A DNA stretch of 64,000 bases from Bugula neritina (GCA_964035545.1 OZ037769.1:3701929-3765928); one strand, 5' to 3'. Positions 25,421 through 40,966 are shown, counted from the stretch's first letter. The notes: a model not told the origin generated them from the letters alone. A program made the numbers and translations.

Positions 25421-26968
25421 AGAATTATTATAATACATTTATAAATGTATTATGAGAATTCTGGAGCTTCAAATTTAGTTCCTTGTGCCTGTATAATTTG
25501 ATCCTGTAAATATCAGCAGAGTATTAAATTGTACAGTTTGTTAACATGAGTTCAATTGTTCGTAAGCTTGTTTAAACAGATTTATTAGATACCTAATTAT
25601 AAAAACAATGAATTTGTAATACTATTCGTTTTTTCACCCGACTTAGGCATGTGCATAGCAGTGTACAGAATGCTTTGTGTTTTTAATTGTTCAATAATCA
25701 TATGACCATAACTCATATAACAGGAGTGTTATTACAGAGTGTATTTTATATTGCTTTTGCGTGATGGATTTGCATCTCAAAACACTATAAGCATTAAATC
25801 ATTGTAGAGTTTTATATATAGGGGGAACTTTATTTACTTGCTTATAGTTACAGTTTATAGCACAGTAAAATTTCAAAAATTAGAGTTTTGTAAAGTGTGG
25901 AATAAGCTAACCAGTCAAATATAACTTTATATATTATCAAAACAAGGTGAGTTCATATCAAACTTTAGTCACATTTGCACGGGATATTCTGCAAATGAAC
26001 TTCAGTGAATTATTTGATATTTGTTCAGCACTATAATGTTTACAGTATCAATATTTATAGTTTTACCTGTCTTGGTGCAAAATTTTGAGTCCGTGGATAG
26101 CGTAATTCTTTTTAAAACTGAAAACAAGTATTAGAAAGAAACAATTTTTGAAATTGTAAATGGTGCAATTTATCTTTACGTCATCACGCAGCGTTATAGA
26201 TCTTTATGGGATGTAACTTATAGCATTTATGTTAGTAAATATATCTATATTACATGCATACACTCAAACGTGGTAATTTTTGATACACACTCTCATGTAT
26301 ATTCTTTTATTTTCAGTAGTATAGTTTATATGCCCAAAGCTCTATTACTTTGTTACTATACACTAGTTAGCTAAATTAATGAATAGTTATCACTCATAGA
26401 ATGATTATTATATATACAAAGTTTAAAGTTCTCCCCTCATAACAGCATCAGGTTTATACACCGAAAGCTATTTGGAAATATGACTAACTAGTGAATATTA
26501 TATTATGTTGACTACAAGATGGGGAAATAATAGCAAAATCATTCAGTTCCTGCTAGTACAACTATGCAATGTTATGCAATTTATTATAACCATACATAAT
26601 AGGCTTTTAATCTATATAGCTATTCTATCAAATATTGATCTTATTATTGAGATTTTAGCTTACAAAGATCAAAATCCAATTGCATTATCAATGGTTTATG
26701 AACAAAAATAATCAGCGGTTCATGGTAGCAACTATTGCTCTGCATGGTAAATTACGACTTATATCTGAAAGTTGACCTACTTTATATTATAGGGACAAGA
26801 AATGTAATATTTTATACTGATGCCTCCATTTTTTAAAAATCTATATTGAAATTCTTAATTATATGTTAATGCCAATCGATGAAGAAAAAGATATTATCAT
26901 AGATATTTCCAACAAAGGTAAAATTGCTTCATATACAAACTGCAACCTAAAACATATCTAGCTAAATT

Positions 26969-27150
26969 ACTTAAGCATGTTTTACTCCTGTAAGAAACCC
27001 ATGGTGGGAAGACTTTTTGTTAAATCTGGTTAAGGACTTATTTAGATGGGGCACAGGAGCAATTATTACTGGATGCTCTTTCTAGCATCACCAATGACTT
27101 TTGTCAGCTCGAACCCACGACATCTGGTTTACTAGACCACAGCTGCTCCC
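26969..27150 (-). mobile_element. Meta-like tRNA-SINE (paralogous copy of the same insertion)
   Basis: Same flanks and TSD as 18768-18951. Confidence 0.75.
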
Positions 27151-27967
27151 ATCTAACTAAATTTGCATATTTTATTAAAAACAGCTATTAAACTGCTTTA
27201 AAAACTGTTTCATTATTTCATAAACAGAAGGCAATTCAACACTTAGAATATTTTGTCAGTAAAGTAAGCATAGGATTTATAATTCTAGTTTAATATCACT
27301 TCTCCTAGCTCTTCAGTTTGTAAGCTGTACTGACTCAAGCACAATAAGTGATGGCTAAAATAGCTTTTGCCGAAAAATGTCCTGTTATATACCTACGTGT
27401 AGGCTATAATAATACATGCAAAGGGAAGTGAACGTGCATATTCTTTTGTTAGTATTATGCTGATATATTTTGAAGTCAGTAAAAAGGATCAATAGTTATT
27501 CTAAGCTTCTAGGAATATATTTTTCAGATACGTACAATGAATGTGTATAATGTTATTCAATTTGGTATAGCATTGTGAAGAATGCTTTGTATGTGTTAGG
27601 TTGTTCAATCATTGCTCAGGTAGGAGAAGTTTTACTAGCGAATAGTTTGCATTGCCTTTCAGTAGATGACAAAGCAGTTTACAAAATATATTATTAAAGA
27701 ACACGGTCACTATCTCATATAGTTAAGACTTTGATTACTTGTTTGGTTTGCGATGAGTTAACATTTGTCACAGGATTGTAAACATTTGTCAACTGGCCAA
27801 CTTCAACTGTCTATTGTGGCAAACTCGGGTGCGCTTTTAGCAAATATATTAGATTATATCTAATATATTAGATTATAGCCAATATATAAGGTTAGTTGAT
27901 TTAATATTTTCTCACTGCTGAGAAGTTTATCATATATAGCTGTTGTGTTTACTCGCAGTGGTCCCTG

Positions 27968-30900
27968 TGTTGTGTTTAGTCTTACAATGCCACACCAGAG
28001 GTTGGAAAAATAGGACCGCGGCTAAGCGGATATGACCCCCAGCGGGGCAGAAGATAGAAATTTGAAAGTTAGTCAAGTTGAGTAGGTTTTGGCTGGCCAG
28101 CCCTAGTAATACTTTTAAATTCTTGTTATACTAATGTTAACGTATTTTGTCATTGATTGCAACGTCCACATCGTCATAAGAAGGTAAGAATACAACATGG
28201 TGGCAGCGCGTGTTGGCTTCAGCTGCAGATTGAGTTTGATTATATGATTCACTGATTGTGAGCCATCAATTCGTTGACGGCTTTTCCCTACTCTTCCAGT
28301 GATTTGCATTGTTTATAGTCACAGGCATCGCGATGTGATTTTCCAAAGGGTGTGAAGTCAAATATGTTGCTATGTCGAATCGTTTTTGGTTTGACATCTG
28401 TAAAGCTGAAAGAAAGATTACTTCGTGACAACACGATGGCAATAGAAAAAGCCGTAGAGGATATTCAGGCTACAGAGATGACCGAAGCACAGCTGAGTCT
28501 GATTGCTGATGGGATAAGTCTTCTTTAGTGATGAGATAGGTTGCCAATGTTGTCAACAAACTCATTCACAAGGGTGGACTTACCACTGACAAGAAGATAA
28601 ATTGCAGATTCTGTTCGTATGAACATGTCTACGGCAACCTTGTTTATCGGAATTGTAGAGGCAGTCGAGGCTAAGAAGTCGTGGTTTGTAGATGTCAAGT
28701 TGAAGAGCAATGAAAAAAATTATTTCAAAGTTGACACAGGAGCCGAAACAAATACTGTAACTGAAGGCATGGCCAATAAACTGGGTGTGGAAATAAAACC
28801 ATCTGAGGTCTGGCTCCTGGGGTCCAACAGGTCTAGCATACAAACTTCAGGCTATGTAACACTGCCTGTAATTTTTTCCTATTCGGATATGAGTTATAAT
28901 TTGAGATTTGAGGTGGTTCCCAATAATCTAGCACCGATTTTAGGTTTAGAGGCATGTGAGTTACTAAAAACTGTGCAAAGAGTTAATGAGATCACTCCGG
29001 CAGACATCCTGGCCGAGTATCCTGATGTTTTTGAAAAGATTGGGTGCTTGGATGGTGAACATAATAATATATAGATAGACGCGTCTATAAAACCAGTGAT
29101 TCACCCGCCAAGGCGTGTACCCCATAGCATGATGGATCGTGTTAAGAGTGAACTTGAGCAAATGGAGTCTGTCGGCATTATTAGGAAAGTAGATCAACCA
29201 ACCATGTGGGTAAATAGTATGGTTTGTGTCAAAAAAGAGACAGTTCTGTGCGCATTTGTCTGAATCCAAAAGGCTTAAATCGTGCAGTTCGACGTGAATA
29301 TCATAAAATTCCCACTTTGGAGGATATTGCATTCAGGTTTAATGGCATGAAGCACTTTACTATTCTGGATATGAAGCATGGCTATTGGCATATCCGCCTA
29401 TTCCCTGAAAGTAGTCTTCTCACCACGTTAAACATGCCATTTGGCAGATATTGCTATACAAGACTACCGTTTGGCCTTCACTCATCTGCCGAAGTGTTCG
29501 AAAAACGTGTCGAACAGATTTTGGTGATCTAGCGGTCTCCATATACTTTGATGACCTCATTGTGGCCGGTCGCACGCAGGCGGAACATGACAATAACCTC
29601 CACAAAGTATTGCAGAGAGCCCAGGAGTGCAATGTGCGTTTTAACAAAGAAAAAATTCAAGTCAATCGTCAAGAATTTAACTACCTTGGGCATGTTGTGT
29701 CCGTAGATGGTCTAAAGCCCGACCAAACAAAGTGTCAGCTATTGCAGACAGAAATGGTGTGCAACGGCTGTTGGGCACAGTCAACTTTCTTCGGAACTAC
29801 ATTCTGAATATGTCCACAATTACTGAGCCTCTCAGATGCCTTTTGATGAAGGATGTGGATTGGTTCTGGGGTCCAGAACAGCAATCAGCTATAGCCAATA
29901 TCAGAAGTGTTCTCATGAATGACAGTGTTTTAAAGTACTTTGATGTAACCAAGCCGGTAAATCTCCAAGTAGATGCCTCTAAGTCTGGGCTTGGTGCTGT
30001 GCTACTACAGCAGGGTAGGCCTGTAGCCTATGGCTCTCGGGCCCTGACCAGTGCTGAGATCAATTATCCCCAAATTGATAAAGAGTTATTAGCTATGGTC
30101 TTTGGCTGTGAGTACTTCCATAGCTATGTTTATGGTCGTCCTATAGCACTACAGACTGATCACAGTCCCTTGTTATCTATAATGAAGAAACCTTTACATA
30201 ATGCATCTCTACGGCTACAACGACTGTTCCTGAGATTACAACGTTTTAAATTAGCCCGAGTCACCTATGTCCCAGGGAAATATTTGTATCTTGCCGACAC
30301 TCTGTCTAGAGCCTATAGCATTAAGACTCCGTCGACCCAAGCTGACCTGGAGGATGAAATAGTGATGGTTTACTTGCTGGAGGTTGCAAGTGAGATGAGT
30401 GACTGGTTGAGTGCGGCATAGTCAGATGACACAACAATGTCGGATCTCAAGCAGGCGTGCCAAGAGGGTTGGGACTGGTACTCCATCGTAGTCATGCACC
30501 TGCCAACCTACAACCCTATTGGTTGGTGAGAGATGAACTATATGAAGCTGGTAGTTTGCTTTTCGTAGGTGAGCGCCTAGTTGTTCTGGTTGGTGCACGA
30601 AAAAAAATGTTGAACAGGATTCACCAGGGACATTTGGGAATACAGAAGTGGAAAGAGCAAGCCCGTAGGTCTGTTTATTGGCCGGGACTGAATCAGGACA
30701 TCTATTCAAAAGTTAGCGTGTGCAGTGAGTGTGCTATGTTTGCAAACAGGCAGTCAAAAGAGCCACTTATGCCTCATGACACGCCCACCTTGCCGTGGTA
30801 CACTGTAGCCATGAATATAATGCAGTTTCGCGGTCAGGACTACTTGTTAGTAGTTGACTGCATGTCACACTTTCCTGAACTACGTTTATTAGGTGTAAAA

Positions 30901-32167
30901 ACTGCAGAACATGTTGTCATGACCCTGAAATCCATGTTTTCAATTCATGGCGCGCCCAAATCCATTATGGCAGACAATATGCCCTTTACAAGTCATGTGA
31001 TGAAACAGTTTGGTAAGGATTGATGTTTTGATATTGTTACCTCCAGCCCACACCATCATCAATCAAATGGTCTTGTTGAACGGTATGTTCAGACTGTGAA
31101 GCAGTTTTTGAAGAAGTGTGAACAGTCTCAGGTTGATGTGTATCACTCTCTACTAGTTTACAGAGAGACACCACTGAGTGGTTGTCTATATAGTCCAGCA
31201 GAAATGCTTTTCAGCAAGAATTTAAGAACTGGACTCCCGACGACTACAGCATTTCTGACTCCAAATACAATGAATTCAACTGGTGCTCTCAAAGCAAGAC
31301 AAAAGACAGCTAAAGGATATTACAATCAGCAGACAAAAGAACTATCCAACATACCTCTAGGCTTCGAAGTATTCATGAGAGCTGGTCCAGAAAAGATCTG
31401 GACACCTGGATGTGTGGTTGGACACCATGGTGCACTGAGGTCATACCTCGTTGATAACGGGTCTCGAATCCTAAGGAGAAATCGAGTCCATTTGAAGCCC
31501 AATAATACCATTGTTTGTCCTAGTTCCGAGCTGGACTCTTCTAGCCCTTGGACACTGAAGAGCTATCAAACCCAATCTTCCAACACCAGTTGTGTCGGAC
31601 CAGGAGGTTAAAGCAGTTACCCCAACTCGCAGTATTGTCCCCCTATCGGTAGGCGAAGTGTTAGGTCCAGTAGAGGGGTGCTTCCATCAAGATTTAAAGA
31701 TTTTAATATGAACTAGGAGGCTTTGTTACTCCTTACTTTGTACATAGTTCGTTTTTACTACACTTCAGTCAGTTAGCTTATATTTTCCTGTCTTCTTTGG
31801 AGATTCTACATATATGATGTTATTTTTATTTTTTATTTTCTTTCTATGTTCATCTTCACTGTTACTGTCATATTATTGGTGAAGGATGTTACGCTTATTT
31901 TACACGTGGTATCATAGTTCTTTGTTGAGAGGGAGGATGTTGTGTTTAGTTTTACAATGCCACACTGGAGGTCAGAAAAATAGGACCGCGGCTAAGCGTA
32001 TATGACCCCCAGCGGGGCAGAAGATAGAAATTCGAAAGTTAGTCAAGTTGAGTAGGTTTCGGCTGGACAGCCCTAGTAATACTTTTAAATTCTTGTTATA
32101 CTAATGTTAACATATTTTGTCATTGATTGCAACGTCTGCATCGTCATAAGAAGGTAAGAATACAACA
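27968..32167 (+). mobile_element. Ty3/gypsy LTR retrotransposon, copy 2 (duplicated with flanks; gag deleted)
   Basis: LTRs 27968-28197 and 31938-32167. Same flanks and inactivating lesions as copy 1. Lacks the equivalent of 7400-7934 (junction at 28314-28317). Confidence 0.95.
28317..31611 (+). pseudogene. gag(partial)-pol pseudogene of gypsy copy 2
   Basis: ORF fragments near-identical to 8237-11229 (PR, RT, RNase H, integrase). Confidence 0.92.
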
Positions 32168-32289
32168 GGTTAGCACACCTGCTTGCAAGCCTGAGGTCTT
32201 TGAATCTAATCCTGGTAAGGAAAATTGTTCTGCATTGTCAAAAACACTGATGAAGTATTTGCATATTTCGTAGTTACTCCGGTGGCACA

Positions 32290-35200
32290 ATGGCTGAAGC
32301 ACAGCCTGGGAGAAACATACCAACTCAGGTATTAAACTCCCGGCTTGGTCAACCTCCACAAAATGAACATCTGTACCAACCACTATCTACAGAGCGCCTG
32401 CAGTTCTCACTTCAACAAAAATATGTTTCTTCATATGCATATTATATTTCTTATACACAATCGCGAACTGAATATGGCTCTCATACACAACTACCACCAC
32501 CTGAATATGCCTCCTGTACACAGCAACCACCTGAGAATGCTCAACAAGAAAATTCTGCAGAACCATCTGCTTATGAGTTCGTCACTGGCTGGCAGATGGG
32601 TGTTCAGGACTCACGGCCTCGACCAGCTGTATGTTTATTATCTCATCCAGTGACTAAACTCTCAGTTAAAGTTCTTTTTAATTATTCTTGATTTTATATA
32701 ATAATTTATACTTGAGCTAACTAAATGCAAATATATTTATGTCATCAAATTACTAAATATACTCATACCATTATGATAAAAATTTTATTATAATGCATGT
32801 TTTATATGAATGTTTTATACACAATACAAAATATACTTGATGAGCTAATTTTTTAAGCAGTTTTAGAAGTTACGATGCATGGCATTCAATTTTAATAGAG
32901 CAGTTTAATACCACAGCTTAATACCTGCTTATACTTAGTTCAGATACAAGTTCACTGAAATACAATAATAAAGTCTAAAGTTAAATAAATTTTTTTAGGT
33001 AAAAGACACAAGTTCAAAACGCTGGATGATTGTTGGGATTCTAACAACCATATTTTTTGCTCCTCTTTCTGCATTAGGAATTATGGGTGCTATCAGGGCC
33101 TTCGAGGCCGGTAATGAAGCCAAAAGTGGAAATGTTGCTGAATACAGAAAAAAAATTTATAAATCTAAAACGCTTTCACTGACAGGAATAGGACTGGGGT
33201 TGCTGCTCATTACAATCATTACAGCAGCAGAAGTAGGTGGTGCTGTTTATTATCTTTTTTGAAATAATGAAAATTTGTTTAAATTTGACATAATTCTGAC
33301 ATTAACCTACATATTTAGTACTTTAAATGCAGCAGAAACCCAAAATACGTGACATTTTAGCAATTTTTAAAAACTGAATAAAGTATTCAAAATGTTATAT
33401 CTGATAATTTTTTAAAGTTTGTCAAAAAAGTCCCCAATTTAGCACAGTTAGCTAGCGAAAAATGATATTCTAAAAGCTGTGCTTAATTTTTTCAGCTGGG
33501 TATATATCAATGTTATCTTGTTGCATTGTCATACTTGCTAAGTGTTCAACCATACAGAATTTCTTAATTAGTCCTCAACTATTGTATGCTCTTTGTCTTT
33601 GATATTGACAATAAAATTGTTTTAAAATTTTTTTTGAGTCACATGCAGCATTATTTCATTTAAATTTGAAATTATCTTTTTACCCTATACTTTACTACTA
33701 TACTTTATTGTAGACCTAATCATTAGATTTAACAGAAGCTTTGTAGTAAAATGATAAATAAACTAAAAAATATGGAACAAAAATCATAACTTTCTATATA
33801 CTGCATATTGTAAATTTTTCATTAACCAAAAGCAATTTATCTACGTTAGCTAAAACTTTGAGGTAAAATAGTTTTATAGTTAAAACTGTGACCTGCATGT
33901 GTTAGCTGTTAATAATATTTGGTTGTTGTAGCTTTCTAAAAAAAAATCTTCTGGAAGCTCTTCCAATGAATTTAATGTTTCCACTCCTGGATATACACAA
34001 AACCCAGTGTGTAAGTCTACGAATTATTCTCTGTATTTTGTGTGATATTTCAGTACATATGGGTTCAGCACTTTTAATGTAATTACTAGTATTTTTTATT
34101 TTTTTATAATAGTCCTAAAATGCTCAAACTAAAGTTATTGCATGTATACAGTTTTCTGTTCAATATAGCAAACAAAAATACTTATTTTAGTTGATGATTT
34201 ATAGAAACTTTAGTACTTTAGTAAAATAAAATATACTATAAAAGTTTTTGTTACAGCTTATTTAAATATACAATAATTTTACCAACTTGTCAAGTAAAAT
34301 TTTATTTATATTTGAAAAAAATGTTTTTGATTGCATAGAATATAACACATGTTTAACTCTATATTTCTAATTATAATTTTAAGCAGCCGATCATATATAT
34401 CTGGGATGCTTCAATGATAACATACCTAGAGATCTTAATGGTGATGACTACAACTTTGGAGAGGATCTTTCTGTTGAGAATTGCTCCAACTACTGCTCTG
34501 AAAGAGGTGGGTGGTAACCATGGTTTATCGCAATTGATATTTTTCTGTAAGGCAGAGTGTTATATAATACAGTGAGGCAGCAGATATGACTGAAACTGTT
34601 ATAATGACTCTGAGAGAGATTAACTTTAGATGTTTTATCTCAAAGATAACTTTTGTCCAAGAACACCAGTTCAATGCAGAGACAAGAAAACATTCCTTGT
34701 GCAATTTCCATTATCTGTACCACCAACTCACTTTAAACAAACATTTCGTAAAAGAACTTTGCTCTGTTTCAAAGTCTGAATGCATGTAAATACATTATTT
34801 ATTTACAGTTTTATTATAACTAGAAGATAACTTGTTGTTTAGAGAAAAAAAACTAAGCAACAATTTAAATTAAATGCAATCACACTTTGTCTGTGGAATA
34901 TGTTTGTGGAATGTATTTCAAAACATGTGCACACATTGTGTATGTTTGTTAGGTTACAAATACGCTGGTCTAAAAGATGGATTCCTTTGTTCATGTGGGA
35001 CATCATATGGTTCATATGGAGAGTTGGACCAGGATGAGTGCAATTCTGTCTGTTCTGCTGATGGCATGGAATGTGGTGGATTTTACAGCAACTCTGTTTA
35101 CAGAACAAACTACATTGGTTTGTAATTTCACAATAAACACTTAATTTGAAATTATTTGTTATAAACTAAGTTGCTTCTGAGTTCATAGTACCAGTAGCTT

Positions 35201-36627
35201 GTTGAGCTCAGCTATGAATTAGCTCAATAGGGTACGCATCAAAGTTACCCCTACTCATGTGGGGTCACTAAAAAGATTTTAAATTGCAGCATAGGATTAG
35301 TTTGTTTTTATGTCTAAATTATATATTGCGGTTTCACTATCATCTTCAAACAAACAAGTTTAAAAATAAGTTATTATTAGACATGTAGTTTACGAATCAG
35401 ACCTGTTTTTAAACTATTCTACTGATCATTTAGTAACTTTCTATGACTCAGTATATTATCATTTTTCTAACAGAGAAAATCGCTACTTCCAATGATCAGA
35501 AAAAATTAATATATAAAAAGTTAGTTTGATAAACAATTAAAACTATCAGGTCTTATCAAGATGAATGCAAATGTAACATTTATTTGGGTTGTATAATGAA
35601 GTTGAGCTCGCAGCATCTTCCTTTTGATTTTGCAGTGGCTCTTTGAAGTTTTCTAATAATAACAATCTCACATTTGTATTGTTTTTCTCTCTCTTCTAAG
35701 TTTTGGAGCAAAAAAGTCAACACAACTTTATGTCTGGTCTTAGTTTTGATCAATTATTTTAGTTATAGTAGGCTTAAGTATCTAGTGTTTTACAGGTTGC
35801 TATAAAGACATTCATGAGACATTTGATTATTATATTGATCGGCCAGATAATGACGTAACTCCAAGTAGTTGCACAAAACAGTGTAAGACTGATGGTGAGT
35901 TACCCTATTTTTTTCTAACTTTTTTGTCATAACGACTTGGTCATTGCTTAGAATTTGACCCTGGGCTATAAATTAATTGCCCCACCAGAAGTTGAACTTT
36001 AAACCTCAGACCTTGGCTTGCAAACACTACACTGCATGAGCTTTTTGGGGAGTCGTCACTTCAGCATTACACTGATAGGTTAATCTGTTTGTGTAGCTCT
36101 AGCATGTTGCTAAATCTAGAAAAAAATAGAATCAGCAACTAGCTACGCTAGGTTATAAGTATTATGTCACTGAATTTTGTTTTTCTTTATTTTTTTGTTT
36201 TAGTTCAAATTTATTAGTCCTGCGCCAAATAAATATATGCAATCTTTAAATTCAAAAGCTTGCAATAAAAAAGCTTGAAAAATAGAAATGCCTTAGCTTT
36301 AAAGTATTTAGTTTATTATAGCTACAGTTCTGAATGCAAATAGATTTATATATATATAAATATATATACATATATATTTATATTTTTTTTTTCAAATTGT
36401 TGAAACTATTTAGAATGAAGGAGTTTAGTTTTTCGAAAGTATTTAGTCTACTTCTTGCAGAATATCGTTTTGCTGGACTTTGGTCTGGAAGGTATTGTTA
36501 CTGTGGAGATCACTTCGACAAATTCGATGAAGTTCCAGACGAAGAATGCAAATGGAGGTGTCCTAGTAACTCTCAACTCAGCTGTGGCGGAGCTCTTAGA
36601 CAATCTGTTTATAACACTTTTAATTAG
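32290..36627 (+). CDS. g4: CD225 + 2 WSC membrane protein (~400 aa), apparently intact, mosaic
   Basis: Exons 32290-32628, 32999-33232, 33932-34010, 34387-34506, 34953-35117, 35796-35894, 36461-36627; open frame. Confidence 0.85.
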
Positions 36628-37837
36628 AAAGTTGCTAGTAAAAATATATACCTGTTTTGGATATCTGCAGTGAAATATTTATATTATAAATGTATACACT
36701 TATACAAACCCTGCGCTTTGCTAAACTGCTATAAATGTGTTAAAAGCTCAGCAAAAATTTAATCAAATATTTAAAAATAAAAATTTTGGAGGATTATATT
36801 ATGCTTTCCTTCTATCTACCTATCTTGAAATTTGTAAAATGTTTACTTGAAATGAAACATTTAACTCTGAAGTTTTTTAATAAAAGGAAGTTAATCAAAT
36901 AACCAACACACATGCAGTATCATCGTCAAAAATATTAAATAAGTTATACAATGGTAATTATTTTACATTTGATACAGTTTAGCATATATAATCTATGCAC
37001 CAATATGGAAGCTACTGAGCTCATAATACCATGGGTGCTAGTATCATCCTTTTTAATAGAGACTGTTTTCAGTTTTAAGTTAAAAATATTCCGTTTTTTC
37101 ACAATACGAAATTAAATGCACTTTACCAAGTTAATTTAAATTTTAAATTAATTTCAGTGAATTCTGTTATTGATAAAATATAAATTATGCTGAATTCCAA
37201 CCTTCGCTATGTTTATTGCTCGTATTTACTATATATAGGCTATAGGAGTCTGTTGACAGTGGTGTAATATGCTCCTTCTATATTTGTCTGTTTTAAGCCA
37301 AACATTAAACATTTTTTCCCTTTCGTTTATCCATATTTTTACATTTTAAAATTGTTAAAATCAAACTACATAATGTTAGTGCAGAAGCACACAAAAACCT
37401 TTCTTCTGAATTTATTGTGATTGTCAAAACAAAATAAAAGGTTACAGCTAAACAAAACAAAGTAACTTAAGTTTATATCTGGAAGACAGTAATAACAATT
37501 CTGACAGTGAGTCAAGCTAAGTAAATATTTGCATTTCTCTGCTCTTTGTACATCTAGCAAATTGCACATTTACAAATATTTGTATAGTAGCTTCTCTGCA
37601 ATTTCTAAAAATTTTCATTATCCTAACGAGTAATATTAACTAAAAGTCGGTACTTTTTCCAGTCGAGGTATATAATTGAAACTTAACACATACATGTAGG
37701 CAAGTATACTGCATGGATAGAGACCTCTACTTTATGATGAAATATATAAATGTTAACCACCACCAACTGCAATGACGAATAATAGTCAAAAAGGTTCACA
37801 GTTTTAATTACTGAGACTATTGTTTTATACTCTATAA

Positions 37838-37989
37838 TCTCTCTCTCTCTCTCTCTTTGCTATCTTTCTGAGTAGAGTATGATGTCTGTCTACAGCTGTT
37901 TGTGAGTAGCTTGATGACTTCTGAGTCCTATCAGTGATCTGCATATGCGGTCACAGCAGAAGCATTTGAGGTCATCACTCGGTGTGTCT
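37838..37989 (-). mobile_element. RTE-like LINE 3' fragment (paralogous copy of 25273-25420)
   Basis: Same sequence and flanks, longer (GA)n tail. Confidence 0.75.
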
Positions 37990-40798
37990 AGAATTATTAT
38001 AATACATTTATAAATGTATTATGAGAACTCTGTAGTTTCAAATTTAGTTCCTTGTGCCTGTATAATTTGATTCTGTAAATGTCAGCAGAGTATTAAATTG
38101 TACAGTTTGTTGAAATGAGTTCAATTGTTTGTACGCAGATTTATTAGATACCTATAAATATCAAAACAGTGAATTTGTAATATTATCCGTTTCTTCACCA
38201 GACTTAGGCATGTGCATAACAGTGTACAGAATGCTTTGTGTTTTTAATTGTTTAATAATCATATGACCATAACTCATATAACAGGAGTGTTATTACAGAG
38301 CATAGTTTATATTATTGCTTTTCCGTGATGGATTTGCATCTCAAAGCACTATAAGCATTAAATCATTGTAGAGTTTTATATAGGGGGAACTTTATTTACT
38401 CGCTTACAGTTACAGCTAGCACAGTAAACTTTCAAGCACTAGAGTTTCGAAAGCTAACCAGTCAAGTATAACTTTATATAATCAAAACAAGGTGAGTTCA
38501 TATCAAACTTTAGTCACATTTGCACGAGATATTCTGCAAATGAACTTCAGTAAATTATTTGATATTTGTTCAGCACTATAATGTTTAAAGTGTCAAAATT
38601 GGTTCTTATATATGTTTTGTCTTTTTCAATATTAGCAAGGATAATCTATAGTGACATGGAAATGTGTAAACAGTTGCTGCTTTCAAATTATACTATTTAA
38701 AATATTTATAGTTTTACCTGTCTTGGTGCAAAATTTTGAGTCCGTGGATAGCGTAATTATTTTCAAATCTGAAAACAAGTATTAGAGAAAGACAATTTTT
38801 GAAATTATAAATGGTGCAATTTATCTTTACGCCATCACGCAGCGTTATAGATTTTTATGGGATGTAACTTATGGCGTTTATGTTAGTAAATATATTTATA
38901 TTACATGTACATTCAAATGTGGTAATTTTTGATAGACACTCTCATGTATATTCTTCCATTTTCAGTAGTAGTTTATATGCCCAAAACTCTATTACTTTGT
39001 TACTATACACTAGTTAGCTAAATTAGTGAATAGTTATCACTCATAGAATGATTATTATATACAAAGTTTAAAGCTCTCCCCTCCTAACAGGATCAGGTTT
39101 ACACATCGAAAGCTATTTGGAAATATGACTAACTAGTGAATATATTATGTTGACTACAAGATGGCTGAAATAATAGCAAAATATGTCAGTTCCTGCTAGT
39201 ACAACTATGCAATGTTATGCAATTCATTAAATAACATACACATGGATTTCAATCTATATAGCTATTCAATCAAATATTGATCTTTATATAGACTTTAGCT
39301 TACACAGATCAAAATCCAATTGCATTATCAATGGTTTATATATGAACAAAAATAATGAGCAAATCATGGTAGCAACTATTGCTCTGCATGGTAAATTATG
39401 ACCTATATCTGAAAGCTGACCTACTTTATAATATAGGGACAGCAAATATAATAATTGTGCTAATGCCTCCATTTATCAAAAATCTACGTTGAAATTCTTA
39501 GTTATATGTTAATACCCATCGATGAAGAAAAAGATATTATCATAGATATTTTCAACAAAGGTGCAATTGCTTCATATACAAACTGCAACCTAAAACATAT
39601 TTAGCTAAATTTACATTTATCAAAAGAAGCAACTGCTTAATAAACTGTTTCTTGCCTTCCTAAACAAAAGGTGGTTTAATACTTGAAATTTTTCTGTCCA
39701 TGCTTTAAGCATTATGTCATAATGTTTATATAGGATGAACAGTTAGTTTAATGCAAGTTGTAAGCTGTATACTCACTTACTCACTCATTTATTGCACAAA
39801 GTGCTAGAGCTGACAGGAAAAAAAATTGCAAAAAAGTTCCTTTTATATACATACATATACATAGTACAATATATTATACATTCATGTTCTTTTGTCAACA
39901 TTATGCTGACATTTGAAGTCAGTAAAAAGGATCAATAGTTATTCTAAGCTTCTAGGAATATATTTTTCAGATACGTACAATGAATGTGTATAATGTTATT
40001 CAATTTGGCATAGCATTGTGAAGAATGCTTTGTATGTGTTAGGTTGTTCAATCATTGCTCAGGTAGGGGAAGTTTTACTAGCAAATAGTTTGTATTGCCT
40101 TTCAGTAGATGACAAAGCAGTTTTCAACTATTATTAAAGAAAATGGTCACTATCTGATATACTTGAGACTAGCGAATAATTTTTATTGCCATTCAGTAAA
40201 TGGCATTCCAGCTCACAACTATAACTAAACATCGGCACTATGTTATATATACTTAAGACATTGATTACCTGTTTAGTTTTTGGTGATTTAAGATCTGTCA
40301 TAGGATTGTAAGCATTTATCAACTGGCCAACTTCAGCTTTTTATCGTGTCAAAATCAGGTGAGCTTTTAGCAAATATTAGATAGTCTGTAAAATTAGTTT
40401 ATTTAATATTTCCTCATTGCGGAGAAGTTCAGCGTATAAAGCTGATTAGTTTATGTTCTATTATTTTCAATATTGATGAGATTATTTGGTGATTTGCAAA
40501 TGTTACTGATTCTGTCAGCTCTAAGAATATATATTTTCATATCAGAATTATTTTGAGAACTAAAACCTTGGATTAGTATAAGACAGGTTCCAAAATAGCC
40601 AAGTTAGAACCTAATATATATATTTATAGGAATTTTCAGAGTGGGAAGTCAAAGCAAAAATAGATCTTATTGTCTTTAAAAATAGAGTCCAAACTGAAAG
40701 TTAAACTCAAGTCACACAGTTTACTGTCAATGGAATGTTCAGGATTTGAATACAGCATGCAGAGTTACCATAATAATTATATTAGTCTGCATCCTAGC

Positions 40799-40900
40799 TG
40801 TAGTGTTGTGTTTCCCGCAGTGGTCCCTGTGGTTTCACTGGTTAGCACAATTGCTTGCAAGCCTGAGGTCTTTAGTTCTAATCCTAGTATAGTAAGAGAA
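40799..40900 (+). mobile_element. Short tRNA-derived element upstream of the g5 ATG
   Basis: Same position and sequence as 19707-19810. Confidence 0.65.
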
Positions 40901-40966
40901 ATTATTTTGTATCCTCAAAAACACAAATGAAGTATTTGCATATTCCGTAGTTACTCCTGTAGTACA

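Noticed and set aside
27968-32167. Second independent or active gypsy insertion
   Set aside because: Identical flanks and shared inactivating mutations show it was copied by segmental duplication; both copies are dead.
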